From: Folioceros fuciformis
Lineage: Eukaryota
Direction: 5' to 3'
DNA length: 54,972 nt
Assembly: GCA_049999805.1 (NCBI GenBank)
Contig: JBNGIO010006379.1
Span: 856,177-911,148 of the forward strand
This document shows, one piece after another, positions 1 through 12,855 of this stretch. The first letter of the stretch is position 1. Every line of letters begins with the position of its first letter. The position numbers were made by a program, and so were the translations under genes. The notes beneath the pieces are model-generated. The model did no database searches. It saw only the letters and a program-made list of their open reading frames with translations, and was not told the DNA's origin.

Positions 1-699
1 GTCTCCTTGTGCGCCGTGGAAGATCTTGTGTGGCCCCATGTGTAAACTCTCTATATGTTTCTCCAATCCAAAATGTTTTTCAATAAAAAATTTAATAACT
101 TTTAATCATTTAAAAATCATTATTTTACGCTATTTTGTATGTTCTTGATGATGTTTATATTGGTTTTGAGAGAAAAATTTCACTTCGATTTTGATATCGC
201 TAGTGCAAACATTGCACGTAATGTGAACATTGAAAATTAGTAACGATGAACAAATCTAGAGCTTTCGAGTTACGCTAATTTTAGCAAGTTATATTTTTGG
301 AAAAAAACTATGTCTTGTAAAATTTATGGTATCCTTTGTTGCATAGGGTGCACAAATTTAGTGACAAATTTAGTGGCTTGAAATAGTGTATACCAATTTC
401 TAATGACATTGCCTTAAAGCTTCGCATTATATTTCATTCACGTGAATGTTACTTTTTTTTATTTTCTAAAAGTAAGGTTTTTTTTAAGTGCATTAGTAAA
501 ATGAAGGAAATTAACGATCTTGACTAACTTCCAAATCAAGTGATTGTAGAGCAAGTAATTCCAATCCTAGGATTTGACTATCTTTTTTTCTCTTGTGAGA
601 GGCTTTGAACCAACCTACTAGTGCGCTCAAGTACATGCCACAAGCCCACTACAAGTATGCACTACTAACCTATTGGTGCATTCTATGACGAGAGCTCAC

Positions 700-905
700 G
701 AGCACTTCATGCTAAGAACTAGTTAGCAAGCATTTGTTTATGCCAAGAGCTAGTTGGCACGCCAAAGTGTGCACTAGCAACTAGTTGGCATGCCCAAGTA
801 TGTGCCAAGGGTTGGTTGGCATGCCCAAAAAAGTACACTAGCAACTAGCTGACATGCCCAAGTATGTAGGCCAAGAGCTAGTTAGCACGCCAAGCACGCA
901 CTAAT
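700..905. repeat. Degenerate ~30-bp tandem repeat with ~60-bp higher-order alternation
   Basis: Alternating units such as CCAAGAGCTAGTTGGCACGCCAAAGTGTGC and ACTAGCAACTAGTTGGCATGCCCAAGTATG, about 6 copies. Confidence 0.7.
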
Positions 906-1822
906 TGGTTCACATTAATGAAAATAAAATATAAAACAAATATACAAATTTTATTTCCTTTTTTTTTAACACTAAGTACATCATCCCATGAAATTTTTGC
1001 ACCGTTTTGTTTATTTGTTAATATTTTTGAAAGTTTTTTTTAAGATTATCATTGTTATTCTCAACTCTTTTAGCATACTTGTAAAGTACAAATATAAACT
1101 CAACCTGGCAAGCCCGCACCTTTCTTATCGTAATCTTATCGTAATCTAAATTGTAAATAAATAGGAAAAACTTATGGGGTGCTTTATATCTTGAGATGTT
1201 TAGCTTAAGGTAGGCTCAAGTTTTAATTTTACCCAACTTATTATAGTATGATACATGGATCCAAAGCATAAGGTAATTTGAATGTATCTTGTCTCAAATT
1301 ATGAGGGACATCTTCTATAGAAATATAAGAGCAATTATAGTTTTAAGGGTAATGAATGAAAGACATGTTTGCATTGTAGAATTTGAGTATGTTCTAAAAA
1401 CATCCTGAAAATCTATATTCCGGCTAGACTTGATAATGAATGAAGAGGAAAACTGGAATGTGGGTTTTATGGGCCATTTATAGCTAGAAAATAAATGTTG
1501 GATTTCAGTGTGTGGGTGAGAGCTAAAGGGCCAAATCTTTGGATCAGATGAAATACGAGTGATTGAGAAGTATGGGGCAAAAATTAAAAAGGGGTCTGAT
1601 AAGCTTTTGGATTGTATATGAAGAGAAACTTCAACCTCCCAAAGACAAGAACAGGGTATACGCCATGCCCTAGCTTCACCCACTGCGACCTTGCTTACCA
1701 TCGAACTAGCAGTAGACACAACTAGACCTCGCATGAACTGTTGCGGGTCCAGTTCATCATCTCCAATTACTCCTAGAGCTGCTTCAATTCCCCATAGCAA
1801 CTGGTGGTCTCAAGTTTAGCCT

Positions 1823-1990
1823 ATGGAGAACGTATCTGACAATAGCTTGTGAGAATTGGAGACGAGCTTTCTCAAAGTATCTTATGATACTTTGTGCGGA
1901 TTGCAAACTCATTTCTTCAAAGGGGCTTGAATGATTGGCATGTCCATTACTAGGAGTATCATAACTAGTTGCCTTGAAACCTTAGAATTG
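1823..1990 (+). pseudogene. Possible remnant of cysteine-containing LRRs (F-box/LRR type)
   Basis: Manual translation across a frameshift gives ENVSDNSL*EL and ADCKLISSKGLE*LA, resembling the LRR-CC pattern CxxITDxGLxxLA. Short and interrupted by stops. Confidence 0.3.
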
Positions 1991-2399
1991 GGTGAAGTTT
2001 TACATCACATGTATTTTTATCTACATAAATAAAACCTAAACTCTTTAAAATGATCATTTTTTGTGTGGATTTTTCAATATGGAAAAACCTTCAAGTATAA
2101 AAAAGGTTTCAAGATAAACCCTTTCTCCCTAGATATTGTTCGATATGGAAAGGCATATATCCTTGTCTTGGCACCAATGACATATTTATTTATCCCCATG
2201 TTGGTACCTGTAGCGTATTTTGTTATTCGAACACAAGCATAACTTAGGCAAAATCATATGATGCTTCCAATCATACGTGCAAATTATAAATCGTATACGG
2301 GTTCAATTAAACTTAAACAAGGATCAAAATTACATCAAGAGGTCCTTTTTGCTGACATAACCAAAACCAAGCAAACAACCACCAACCATTGTGCTTCCT

Positions 2400-2580
2400 C
2401 TAATGATAATGTTTTGAAGGTTCAATTTCCACAACTAGGTCAATTTTGCAAAGATAACCAATGGAGATAGATCATTCCTACTTTAATAAGCAATCTAAGT
2501 AACTTGGAAGAGTTAAAATTGAAAAGAGGTCAACACTTGAAAGTAATATGTCTCCAAGGTATCCCAAACATTGTGGAAGC
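2400..2580 (+). pseudogene. Remnant of plant extracellular LRRs (RLK/RLP type)
   Basis: CFEGSISTT in one frame, then DNQWR*IIPTLISNLSNLEELKL in another; matches NxLxGxIPxxIxxLxxLxxLxL with a stop and a frameshift. Confidence 0.4.
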
Positions 2581-3439
2581 CAAGCCTATTATTTTGTTTG
2601 AGGTTTACATAATAATGGAATAAGCACAACATTATAGGGGAGGTTGCAGCTTGGATAGAAAAGGCCTCAATAAATATTCCCATGGTAAAAAATAAGTCCC
2701 ACATGATGCAGCTAATACACTTGTGTGATTCAAAGGCATTGAAGAACATTCACGACCAAGGAAGAATAAAGTTACTTAGCTAGTATAGTGAACCCAACAA
2801 TAACAGGAAAAATGTAGTTATTTCTTTCCTTTTTGTCTTTGAAGCCACCAACGGACTCTTAAGTATTATAACAACTATGATAGTGATTATTATGTCTTTG
2901 AGGCCACCAATTTTTCAAGTGTATAAGGAGTCTTAATAGCTTCTCTAAGCCACTACCTTTGTCAATAGGGTGCGAATCTTTGGATTTTGTTTTGGTTCGC
3001 ATTGTGCTTTCATTATGTGCTTGGTTTTGTTACATATTGGGCTTTCGCTCAGTTTTGTTACGCATATGAAACTCCGCTTGGCCTATGCGTCTCAACCAAC
3101 ATCCTCAACAAGTTTGGCTGCACAAGCAGGCTTGGCTTAAATATCAGTTCGCCAAGGTATGACCTGGCGAACCGACATGCCATGCCCTGAGCATGGCCTT
3201 CCTCTCCTCTCTCTCGTATCCGTGCCAACCCGTGATACTCTGGCGCGATACAAAGTCGAACTCGTCGGCATGCACAACGTTCAAGCATGCGTAGGTGGGA
3301 CGCACTGAGGCAAGCGTGGAGGAGGATCACCAAGACGAGTGGAGAGGACAATTACTAAGACTGAGTTTTTGATTAATTGCAGCATTGGTCAAAACATCTG
3401 AAGGAAGACATTATTGGCACCTACATTGCACCTACACCT

Positions 3440-5975
3440 ACGCTAGTTTTCTTTGTCTGCTGATAACTTCCAAGTCATTCTCTTCTTCTTTTTCTTCGGT
3501 GGTGTGAAGAATGGCTTATTCTTGACGATGTCGTTGTCTGCCTCGTTGGTGGTGAATGCTTGAAGAGGCTACCGTGCTGTAGGCATTTCCTGCTCATATG
3601 CAATCAAGCGCTGGACATCCATAAGTTTACGTTTCACCAAAAGTGCTGCATCCCCCACGACTTCCTTATTCTTGTGCATCAAATTCACAATAGCATTGCA
3701 ATCTTGTTCTAGGAAGCGAATCTGATCTTCTGTTCCGCTTTCGTCACATAAAACACCCTCCACAACGGGTTGTAGGTTGCACGAAACGCTTTCCATCAAC
3801 TGTTCTCTATTATCACATAAAGTAAGAGTCGTTATAGGCTCCTGAATTACCAGACCATTCGTTGCTGTATACTGACGTTTCATCCGGAGTGTGTATGAGA
3901 GCACTCCAAGCATATCTTGCACTTTCATGATGTGTTTACAAATAAGGTCTTTCCTCCCTTGAGCACACTCACATGTAGCCCACATGGAATCTGCATTCTC
4001 AATTGTATATGTCACATGGGCATCTGTTGAACTCCTGCATAAAGCTGTGGTATAAGGTGGAGAAGGCAAAGTAACATTATCATTCTCAATTAGAGTTGCC
4101 CCATCTATTACAGTGTGCACCAATTTCTCCTCGACTGTGTTAACCACATACCCTCCTTCTTTGCAATGGTTCACATACCAATAATAGGACGCAATTACAA
4201 AGCACAATTGATGTAACAGCTAGTCCACTTGTCTGCCAACAAGAGATGCTCTCGTAAGACTAAGTTTCTGCTTAAAAAACCGATGCCATGCCTCTATAGC
4301 ATAGGCACAGTCTTGCCCTGCATGCGGAAGCATGCGGGCACTTTTTATGAACATGCCTGCAATCAAAACAGGCCTTGTGAAGATGTGTATGTGCACACGC
4401 TTGAAAAGGGAGAATACGAGGCTGGAGATATGGACTAACCTAGTTGTGCACCCTAGGTTGTTCTGAAATAGCCCACGAACGCGAGTTGTCGTTTCTCCCA
4501 CTTGGCAGAGAAGGAAAATAGCAATTGCTCACCCTCCCGAATTGTATCTCGAATTGATGTGCTGGAGCCCTTGACGTACATCAGTTCACCTAATTCCTGC
4601 CATATGGCTTCCTTGTCTTCCCTGTTTTGGACTTTCTTAATAAGATTACGAAGCCAAGCACAACACACATGCCGGAGGCAAAGTAGAACAGGAACACTGT
4701 ATTTGTAAACCTTTCGAATTGCAGCAATCTCAACTGCACAATCATCAACCAATATTGGAGGGCAACCAAGTTGCATCCTTACTTAACAGGATCTTATGGA
4801 AAGATGTCAACCACTTGGCTATGTTGACACTTGTACCGTCCTTTGCCAAAACGCACGCTACTGGAATACCATTCATATGAAGGTCGAAAGCCATAATTGT
4901 GAAGAATTGGTACTTGTACTGGTTTACACCAAATGTAGAGTCAATCCCGAGCACATTATTCCTACCATGTGTCAAACAGGTCTGAAGTATGAACGAGGTC
5001 TGAATCCCCAAACAAAACGACTGATTAGCAGTGGACTTGTGAAACACAAATGCAACATTAACCCGCATCCATATACCCACACTAATATTGTCATGCTAAT
5101 GATGTTTCCACACTGTACCTTGCAAGTCGACTGCAAGATTGTCAATGTCTGCACGTGTCAAGACATCATCTCTAACCTGGACATATTGTGACTCATGCTC
5201 CAAGCTTGTTGAAAGCCCACAACATTTTGCCCGCACCTGCTCCAAGTGTCGTCTAAGAATCTCTGACATAGAGACATTACACAGTAAACCATGTTTCACC
5301 CATGCCTTCTTGTCAGCACTCAAGTGAGGAGCCCTGAAAACTCTTAGCATGCCTACGTACTCTGGGCCATGACACACTCTTCCAGAAACATCCATGTACA
5401 AAGTTTCATATAATGTTACTTGAGCAATTACTGGTCATCTTCGTAATTGCGCAATGGCAAACAAAGCTTGACAATCGTGTTTGATGCTTTCATCGTTAGC
5501 AATCCGAGACCGTCTACGCTTCTTCTCACGTCCACAGTAATAGGTACAGGTGGTGGAGGTATGGGAACATTCCGCAAGTCCCTTGGCCCATATCCACACC
5601 AATAACTGCAAGCAAAACACTGAAGATGAAATCTTTCAATGATACCAACAAGCAGAAAGTTAACGGATTGAATCCTTAGGGTCCATACATACCGTGTTGT
5701 GACAATGGCTGCATCTAGCTTCAGACAACTTACTGCTGAAGTATTGCTGGCCAGTCCTCTATGAGATGCGTTGTAATAATTTGTAGGAGCATGTGGCAAT
5801 GAGTTCATGCCCTCTATGAAATCCTGCACTCTGGTCCAAGGGATGTAAGCTAGCTGTCGTTGTTTGTCTTGGCTAGGACAAGTTGAATGCTTGTATGAGG
5901 ATTCCTGCCATTCCAAGTCATTGAAAGAAAATTTCCCTCCACCAAGCCTCTAAACTGCAACCTCAATCCATCGCT
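3440..5975 (-). mobile_element. Disabled MULE-transposase/SWIM zinc-finger gene (At1g60560/At4g13970-like family)
   Basis: Collinear fragments FSFNDLEW...LAYIPWTRVQDFIEG, YWCGYGP, GRVCHGP, LGIQT...GIDSTFGVNQYKYQFFTIMAFD...GIPVACVL (MULE domain), ILVDD, AWLRNLIKK, AIEAWH and SWIM CEC...CKH. One GT-AG intron at 5606-5692. Several in-frame stops and frameshifts. No TIRs identified. Confidence 0.8.
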
Positions 5976-6551
5976 TGAGCACGATCAGTATACGTGCAGC
6001 CTCCCCAGCCTTCAGTCTTTCAACTCTTACCGTGTGCCGTGCTTTGAACAGAGCGCTCTCTCCGCTCTCGTTCTCAACTGAAACGAACGAAGGGTGAGCA
6101 GTATGCCTTTCCAAATGTGGACACATGGGATGGTTTATTTATTCTAGTAGGTATATTGAAAAGTGTACAATACGCCTAGCAAGATCTACCCACAAGAACC
6201 AACATAGTAATTATGGATATAGTAATTAATCCAATGGATATAATAATTAATCTATTAATTATTTTACTAAAAATATTTTACAAGGTAATTAACTAAACCA
6301 AACCACAGAACTAGGAAATTTATCTTATAAATATAGTAATTATCTTATTAAATACGTTACTAAAAATATTTTGAAAGTCTATAGTATAAATTCAATACCC
6401 TTTACCTGGAATTATTTCATTATACGCTTACATCTTGTGTTTTGCTCCTGACTCTTCCTTACTCAAGCTTCCATCTTATGTTTTGCTCCCTATTCTCATT
6501 TTGTGTTTCACTCCTTGCTTCCATCTTGCTTTTTTGGGGCAATTTTAAATC

Positions 6552-7190
6552 ATGAAGAAACAAGCAGAGATCCTATCTTCTATACTAGCTTCCAAGGATT
6601 CCTCAAAACTAGAATTGCCTGTTTATAATTCCGATAGTTCTAATTGCAAAGTGCCAGGTTGGCCCTCATCAAAGGACAGAGTATCATCGCGATGGCCATT
6701 TATTAAAGTCTTGTTAGTTATTGTGATTTTTTTATGTTTCGCTAATATAGTATTCAATGGTGAGTTTATTGCAAAGTTTTGTATAAGAAAATCTTGATTA
6801 ATTTTGAATTTAATCTAGTCTATCATGATTGACTTATGTGCTAAAGGATTTTTGTGTTTCATAGGGCTATTGAAGACGATACTCAAAAACAACAATCGTT
6901 TGTCAAATGCAGCCGAATTGACACGGCAAGCGCAACAGCAGGAATTGGAGCGGCAAACTCGTGAACGAGAATTGGAATGGCAAGCTCAAGTGCGCAAATT
7001 TCTTGCTGAACCCGCAATTCCTGAAGATGTATGGTTTCATAAAGTCAAGCCAAAGCTTCATAGAGGGGAGGATGTTTTAGATGACTTTGCACCTGACATG
7101 TATTATGTGAACGAAGAAATGAGCTATGCTCCAATTGCAGACCTTGAAGAACAATATAACCATTCTTTTAAAAGTTCTATAGATGAGTGA
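6552..7190 (+). CDS. Putative two-exon orphan protein (~177 aa) with one hydrophobic helix and a coiled-coil-like stretch; exons 6552-6759, 6865-7190
   Basis: Donor G|GTGAGT at 6760 and acceptor TTTCATAG| at 6864 join two ORFs in frame. FIKVLLVIVIFLCFANIVF is hydrophobic; ELTRQAQQQELERQTRERELEWQAQ looks helical. No recognised family. Confidence 0.4.
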
Positions 7191-7533
7191 ATAGGCTTAG
7201 TCTTCCTCTTTTGTGTATTTTAGCATTCTTTCCAATGCACTATACCAACACACATTGGTGAATAGGCTTAGTCTTCCTCTTTTGTGTATTTTAGCATTCT
7301 TTCCAATGCACTATACCAACACACATTGGNNNNNNNNNNNNNNNNNNNNNNNNNNNNNNNNNNNNNNNNNNNNNNNNNNNNNNNNNNNNNNNNNNNNNNN
7401 NNNNNNNNNNNNNNNNNNNNNNNNNNNNNTAATATAGAGATGACATCAACAAACTCCAATGATAGTAGATGCTTTCTTCTTTAATATAGAGATGACATCA
7501 ACAAACTCCAATGATAGTAGATGCTTTCTTCTT
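7187..7533. other. Scaffold gap (7330-7429) with duplicated flanks
   Basis: A 71-bp unit occurs twice immediately left of the Ns and a 52-bp unit twice immediately right. Confidence 0.85.
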
Positions 7534-7829
7534 GGTATCTTAGACGCCATTCGATATCTAAGGCACATTGATAATAAGTTGATGCTTCCTCCCTCCTTCT
7601 AGACCATGACATCTTAGGCTGAAAAAAAAAGATGGGCGGAGAGGATAGTGAAGGTGAAGATGCACAGGCCAAAAGCTCTGACCCGGTCACAGAAAGGATG
7701 AAAAAGAGGTTCACTTGTCCAACTTGACGACATTGTATTGGCTACGCACATGTTGCGTGTGAGGGCGGGCGAGTACCATTGACACGCAAATGTCAGAGAA
7801 ACGTGTGTGTGAGCAAGATCAAACAACGC

Positions 7830-9019
7830 TGCGTGACAAGGAGTTATAGTCAGCGTGAGAAACTGGACCGCAGGGGCCAAGTGTTGAGGACCCATTTTAA
7901 CCAGCTCAAGCAGTTAGAAGGCAGTCTCCAAGTCGAGTGTCTTTCCTCGAGGTTCTACAGAGATTATGTAGCGTCAGGAGAAAAGAGCAGATAGAGATAA
8001 GTGTCTCAAAATAGGGATAAATGTAATCAGGTGAATCGGAAACAGGCCAGCCAGACAATCATAGGACCAGCTTGCGAACCAGAAAGGATGGCATGTGACA
8101 TCGGATACCTGTCAGGCAGTATTGGTATGCAAAAGAACTAGCAAGGTCATCAGCTCTGCCCACGTTCTCCAGACAAGAGTTCCCTCAAGCATGGCATGGG
8201 CTGCATGAGGCAGATTCAGCTCTAACCTCTTGCTGTAATGTTGGAAGAGCCTTCTTCAAATTGTCCACAGAGTCTACTCGCTCTGCTCTCAGGCCACGAT
8301 GCCATTCATGGAGTATTAAATGCCACTCAGCCCAAGTAGCCCTTCCATAGGCTGGTAACGGCGCCAAAACCACCCCTGTAGTCACCTTGGCAGTTTCCTG
8401 TCACGTCCCAGCTAGGATTAGGCTCCAAATCAAAACAGAATATACGCTACGAGAAGCTAGTTGGCTTGTTCAGGTTCTTACCAAGCTACCAGGATTCCAA
8501 ACACCTGTTGGTGGAACACCAAGGTTCTCACAGAGTGCCTCCATCCCTTCGGATCTGTTGAAGCAAAAGAACGCGCCAAACAACATGTTATAGCAGCTCC
8601 CACTGTTTCGACACAGAGAACACCATTTACCACGGGCATTATTGATCCAAGGTGCTCACTCCATGCAAATTTCGTCACTCCTTTCAGCATACAGACGGAA
8701 TATTGCATCAATGGTCTCCTGCTCCCTGGCTGCTCCTTTAAGGCCTGACCCTAAAGACACCCACACGAAAACATGAGTCTGTGAGAAAGAAAGACAGGGC
8801 GATATGAGGAAAAAAATCCCGCCATCAAGACTCACTCGAGTCCAGAGAAAGCCAGTGATTGCAGCCGAATGGCCTAAGGCCACCAAATTGTAATGGTTGG
8901 CTAGAGACGAAACAAGAGCAGCTTACACAAACCTTTACAGAAAGTGGAAGAGAGGAGAGCTTGGATTACATGGTAGATTCTCATCTTCAAAGTACATTTC
9001 CGCTCTGGGTGGTGGCATG
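7830..9019 (-). pseudogene. DCN1-like (cullin neddylation, DCUN1D4/5-type) intron-containing pseudogene
   Basis: Spliced fragments SGLKGAAREQETIDAIFRLYA, SEGMEALCENLGVPPT, EWHRGLRAERVDSVDNLKKALPTLQQE, AYQYCLT and EPRGKTLDLETAF*LLELV follow plant DCN1-like order. In-frame TAA at 7914-7916; the ILMLAWK-equivalent exon is degraded. 5' boundary uncertain. Confidence 0.7.
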
Positions 9020-10342
9020 AGCTTTGGTCAAAAGGAGGTACTATGCCAATGCATTGGGGGCTTCGTTGCGAATGTCACCGTCGACACCAAACGCCTCCAC
9101 CGTCTCACGGGATAGACACAACATCACGTGATACCAGAAAATGCGAATGCACTTCCAGCACACTCTGCGAGTGCATATCTTTCAAACAGGAGAAACTGGC
9201 TAAGTTTTCCATTTGCCAAGGCAGAAAACATCTCATCTTCAGAAATAGGCGGCACCCGCATGGAATCAGACACTCGCGGAAAAAACCACACTCCATTTGG
9301 ATCCTTACACGATGTCCCAGCTATTTTGTGTGACACACCGAGTCTGTGTCACACACATTTTGTCACCTGTGGTGAACATGGCTTAGGACGAGGAACTTCC
9401 CAGCCATATCTTTCCGCTTCTGCTTGATTGTGATGATAAGAACCTGCAAAGATGAGAGACAAATGGGAACCGTGCGCACTAGCTCCCAGCTTGGAGGTGA
9501 TAAAAATAAGAACGTACACCCCTTGGCTCGTGTAGTGTGCTGACGATCCACAAGATAAGCAGGAACTGGACCTTCCTGGACCTTAACGACTGCCAGCGGT
9601 GGAAACTTGAATCTCCAGACAGAACGCAAGATAATTGAGGGTATTGCAGATTGGGAACCTTTTACTTTTCCTTCATGGTAGCCTTCTCCTGGTAGCACTT
9701 CCTCGATAACCAAATGCCTTCGATACCCAGCGCCTGCATTCAGCTCTCAACAAACACGTGATCACGCAAACCAAACATTCTGACACCTGCAGACCATCCA
9801 CTCGTGACGGTGGTTTGTGGAGGGGCATCCAAAGGTCGTGAGCGTGACGACACTTACACGGCCTGTCACGACTCCGATAAAAAATATTATTAATATAGGA
9901 GACGATGAGTATCACTGTTATGCAACACTCTTTAGCCCCGTTCCTTTCTCGACTTCGCTTTGAAATCTGGACCAGCTACTAAACCGTAGGATGTTCCACG
10001 TCATAGTTTGTCTCTACAACCGGAATCAGCTGCCGATGTCTGTGAGACTCTGCACATGATCTGCCTCTGATGCCGGTGCAGGGGAAGTCAGAGCCTAGTG
10101 GGAACTTACGACACGACTGGAGCTCCCATCCTATCTGCTGCTTGTTCTATATGATTCGAGAGGGCACTTGTTTTCAACCTGGCAGGGCTCCGGTAGGTTT
10201 CTCCCGCAGACTCGCTACATCGTCGACTCGTGAGTGTGCCTTGCATTTCATCTTTGCTCACAAGGAGTCTGCAATGACACTAGTCAAATTCTGTCTAAGC
10301 GCACATGTATCTCGTTCTGGCATTTGCAGGCAACAAGGAGTC

Positions 10343-12540
10343 ATGAGGCCCCGGATTGGAAACATTTTAGTCAGAATCAGAGGCTTTGTGTTTAGGCATG
10401 TATGGCGCTTGTCTCTGGCACTGGTAGTCGCGTACCTGCTCCTGAACGGTATATACGCAAACAAATATCTACTAGGCGCCTGTAAGTGAAACATCTCTGC
10501 ACGGTTACAACTAGGCACGCATGTCCTCGGGTTGGAACGTTATTTTGATCGAACAGGCTGGTGCGTAAACCGGTGGTGGAGCAGAGTTGGAAGTAGTGCT
10601 GTCGAAGATACTTAGTCTCCACCGCAGTTCGTTTTGCAGATGACAGTGCGAAGGTGACCCGGTGGATCAACGCTGAAACTGAAGGAGAAGAGCATCGTGA
10701 TTCAAGGACAGCATCCGCCTCCACTCCGGAAACATCAGCTGCAGAGCCGGCTCGAGGAGTAGGTTTGGAACCCTCTGCTTGGGACCTTCATCATCGTTAC
10801 CCAAATTCGGGAGCTCTCGTGGCACGGGAACCACAACAGATCCGCGACCATCCACACGTCTATCATGGTACGGTCGATGTGCCTAAGACCGAGAGTACAC
10901 CTAGTTCCAGGGCCGACAAGGGATTCACTCGGAATGAAACTCGAACATCTCCGGGTGAGCTGAACTCTCCTTATCGCTGGAAAATTTGATCACCCAAGCT
11001 AATCTTCTTAGAAGAGAGTCGTCTCCGGAGTGTCGATTCATTTAGCACTCATGTTTCATCCGGCTCATTCTGGTGCGTGTTGACGGAGTCAGGCACTGTA
11101 CAAGGAATTGGTCCAACTAACCTGCATTGTTGATGAACAGAGCTCAACATTGTACCTGATCAGGATACGAACATGCCTCATACTGAAGAAGGCAGCCACA
11201 GGAAAGTCAAGGAGAGTTCAATGCCACACGCGTTCAACCGTCGAAATGGGACCAGAGCTCTTACAGCTGGTGAAACGGGAGATGTATTTTCGTGTGATCG
11301 CTCGCATTTTCGTGCGGATATCTGCCACATGCGAGGGGATATACGCGTGAGAGGTGGAGCGGAGTTTATGTGCGTGCTCCACACTGTTGATCACGCACTT
11401 GAAGGGAGACAGACTATCCGACCGTATCCTCGAAAGTGGGAGGAAAGCAGCATGGAGAGAGTGCAGCAAGTCAGCTTGCGGAGCGAGTATTCTTCATCCG
11501 CAAAAAAGAACGATACTTGTGAAGTTCGACATGTGCAACCCGCACTTCTGTTCTCGACTGGGGGCTTTTCCGGAAGCGTGTATCACGACTTCAACGACGT
11601 CCTCATTCCTCTCTTCATCAGCTCACACCGCTATGGAGGAGAAGTGAAATTCCTGGTCACAGATTACAAAGATTGGTGGATCAGAAAATACTCCAGGATA
11701 ATAAGCCAGCTTAGCCAATACGAGCCCATCGATTTTCAGGGGGACGAACGTGTTCACTGTTTCAATGACCTCACGGTTGGTCTTCTTGTCCACGGGGAAC
11801 TAGAAATCAACCCTCGCCTATCGACTGATGGGCAAAGCATCGAGAGATTTCGGAAGATGCTTGTTCATGCTTTGAAGAATCCGAGTGGCAGGGAGGATGC
11901 GAAGCTGAAGTGGAAGATTTCTCGACAGTTGAACAAGTACGAATGTGTCAAGCCAAGAGTAAAACTCGCCATTCTGGATCGCCTGCGCAATCGAGTAATC
12001 CTCAATATAGAGGAAGTGGTTGACTTGGCCAGGCAGACATGCTTCAATGTGGCAATCCTTCGACCGACAGACCAGAATGACTTGACAGAGATTTTCCACT
12101 TGGTAAACTCTGCTGATGTGGTATTGGGAGTTCACGGTGCGGCCCTTACCCACATTCTTTTCATGAAGCCTGGTGCGGTGTTTATTCAGATCATCCCTCT
12201 TGGGACTGAGGAACCTGCTTCTCAATACTACGGGAACCCTGCTATGCAAATGGGCCTACGATACCTACCCTACGTGGTGAAACCGCAGGAGAGCACATTG
12301 ATTTCAGTTCACAACATCAGTGATCCCGTCATCACAGATGCTGAAACCGTTGCCTCTGAAAGTTGGGACTTCAGAAGAATCACATATATGGAAACCCAAG
12401 ATGTCAGCCTACACTTAGAACGCTTCGTGAAATGCCTGGAATATGCCCAGAAGCTGGCAACATCTCCAAGCACAACGGTGGCTGCAACAAGACTGGATTG
12501 GGAGGCATCGACTGGATGCGCCGACTTGACGGATGACTGA
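10343..12540 (+). CDS. Glycosyltransferase family 61 (xylan arabinosyl/xylosyltransferase-like), type II membrane protein; exons 10343-10481, 10640-10954, 11141-12540
   Basis: N-terminal TM (LSLALVVAYLLLNGI), long stem, then CDRSHFRADIC, IRPYPRKWE, FSTGGFSGSVYHDFNDVLIPLFISS and GVHGAALTHILF. Phase-compatible GT-AG introns. Confidence 0.9.
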
Positions 12541-12855
12541 TGTTGCAAAACAAAGTTGATCCGTTTGCATAATCAGGTTAGATAGGTGGGAGACATAATT
12601 TCAGGTGACCACGTCAGGGGGCCTTTTGAGGTAGTTTACGGTAGATAAGGAGTAACTACCTTAAGGCAAATGTACGTAGAGTAGAGTGCAGCTGTCGCTA
12701 CTAATTGTAGTTCATATTGGTTGTGATTGTTTCGATTGTTGACCACCAAATTATCTACGTGCCAATTGCCGAATTCGGGGTTGTAAGTCGTGGAATGGTT
12801 GCCAGCGAACCGCTGAGTCCCTATCCACTGTCGAGAGTTCAGAGGGGCCAAGGGA

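Noticed and set aside
1315-1800. 161-aa minus-strand ORF
   Set aside because: TTG start, no recognisable domain, in decayed AT-rich context.
7187-7533. Tandem duplications as biological repeats or TSDs
   Set aside because: They sit exactly at both gap edges, typical of scaffolding artefacts.
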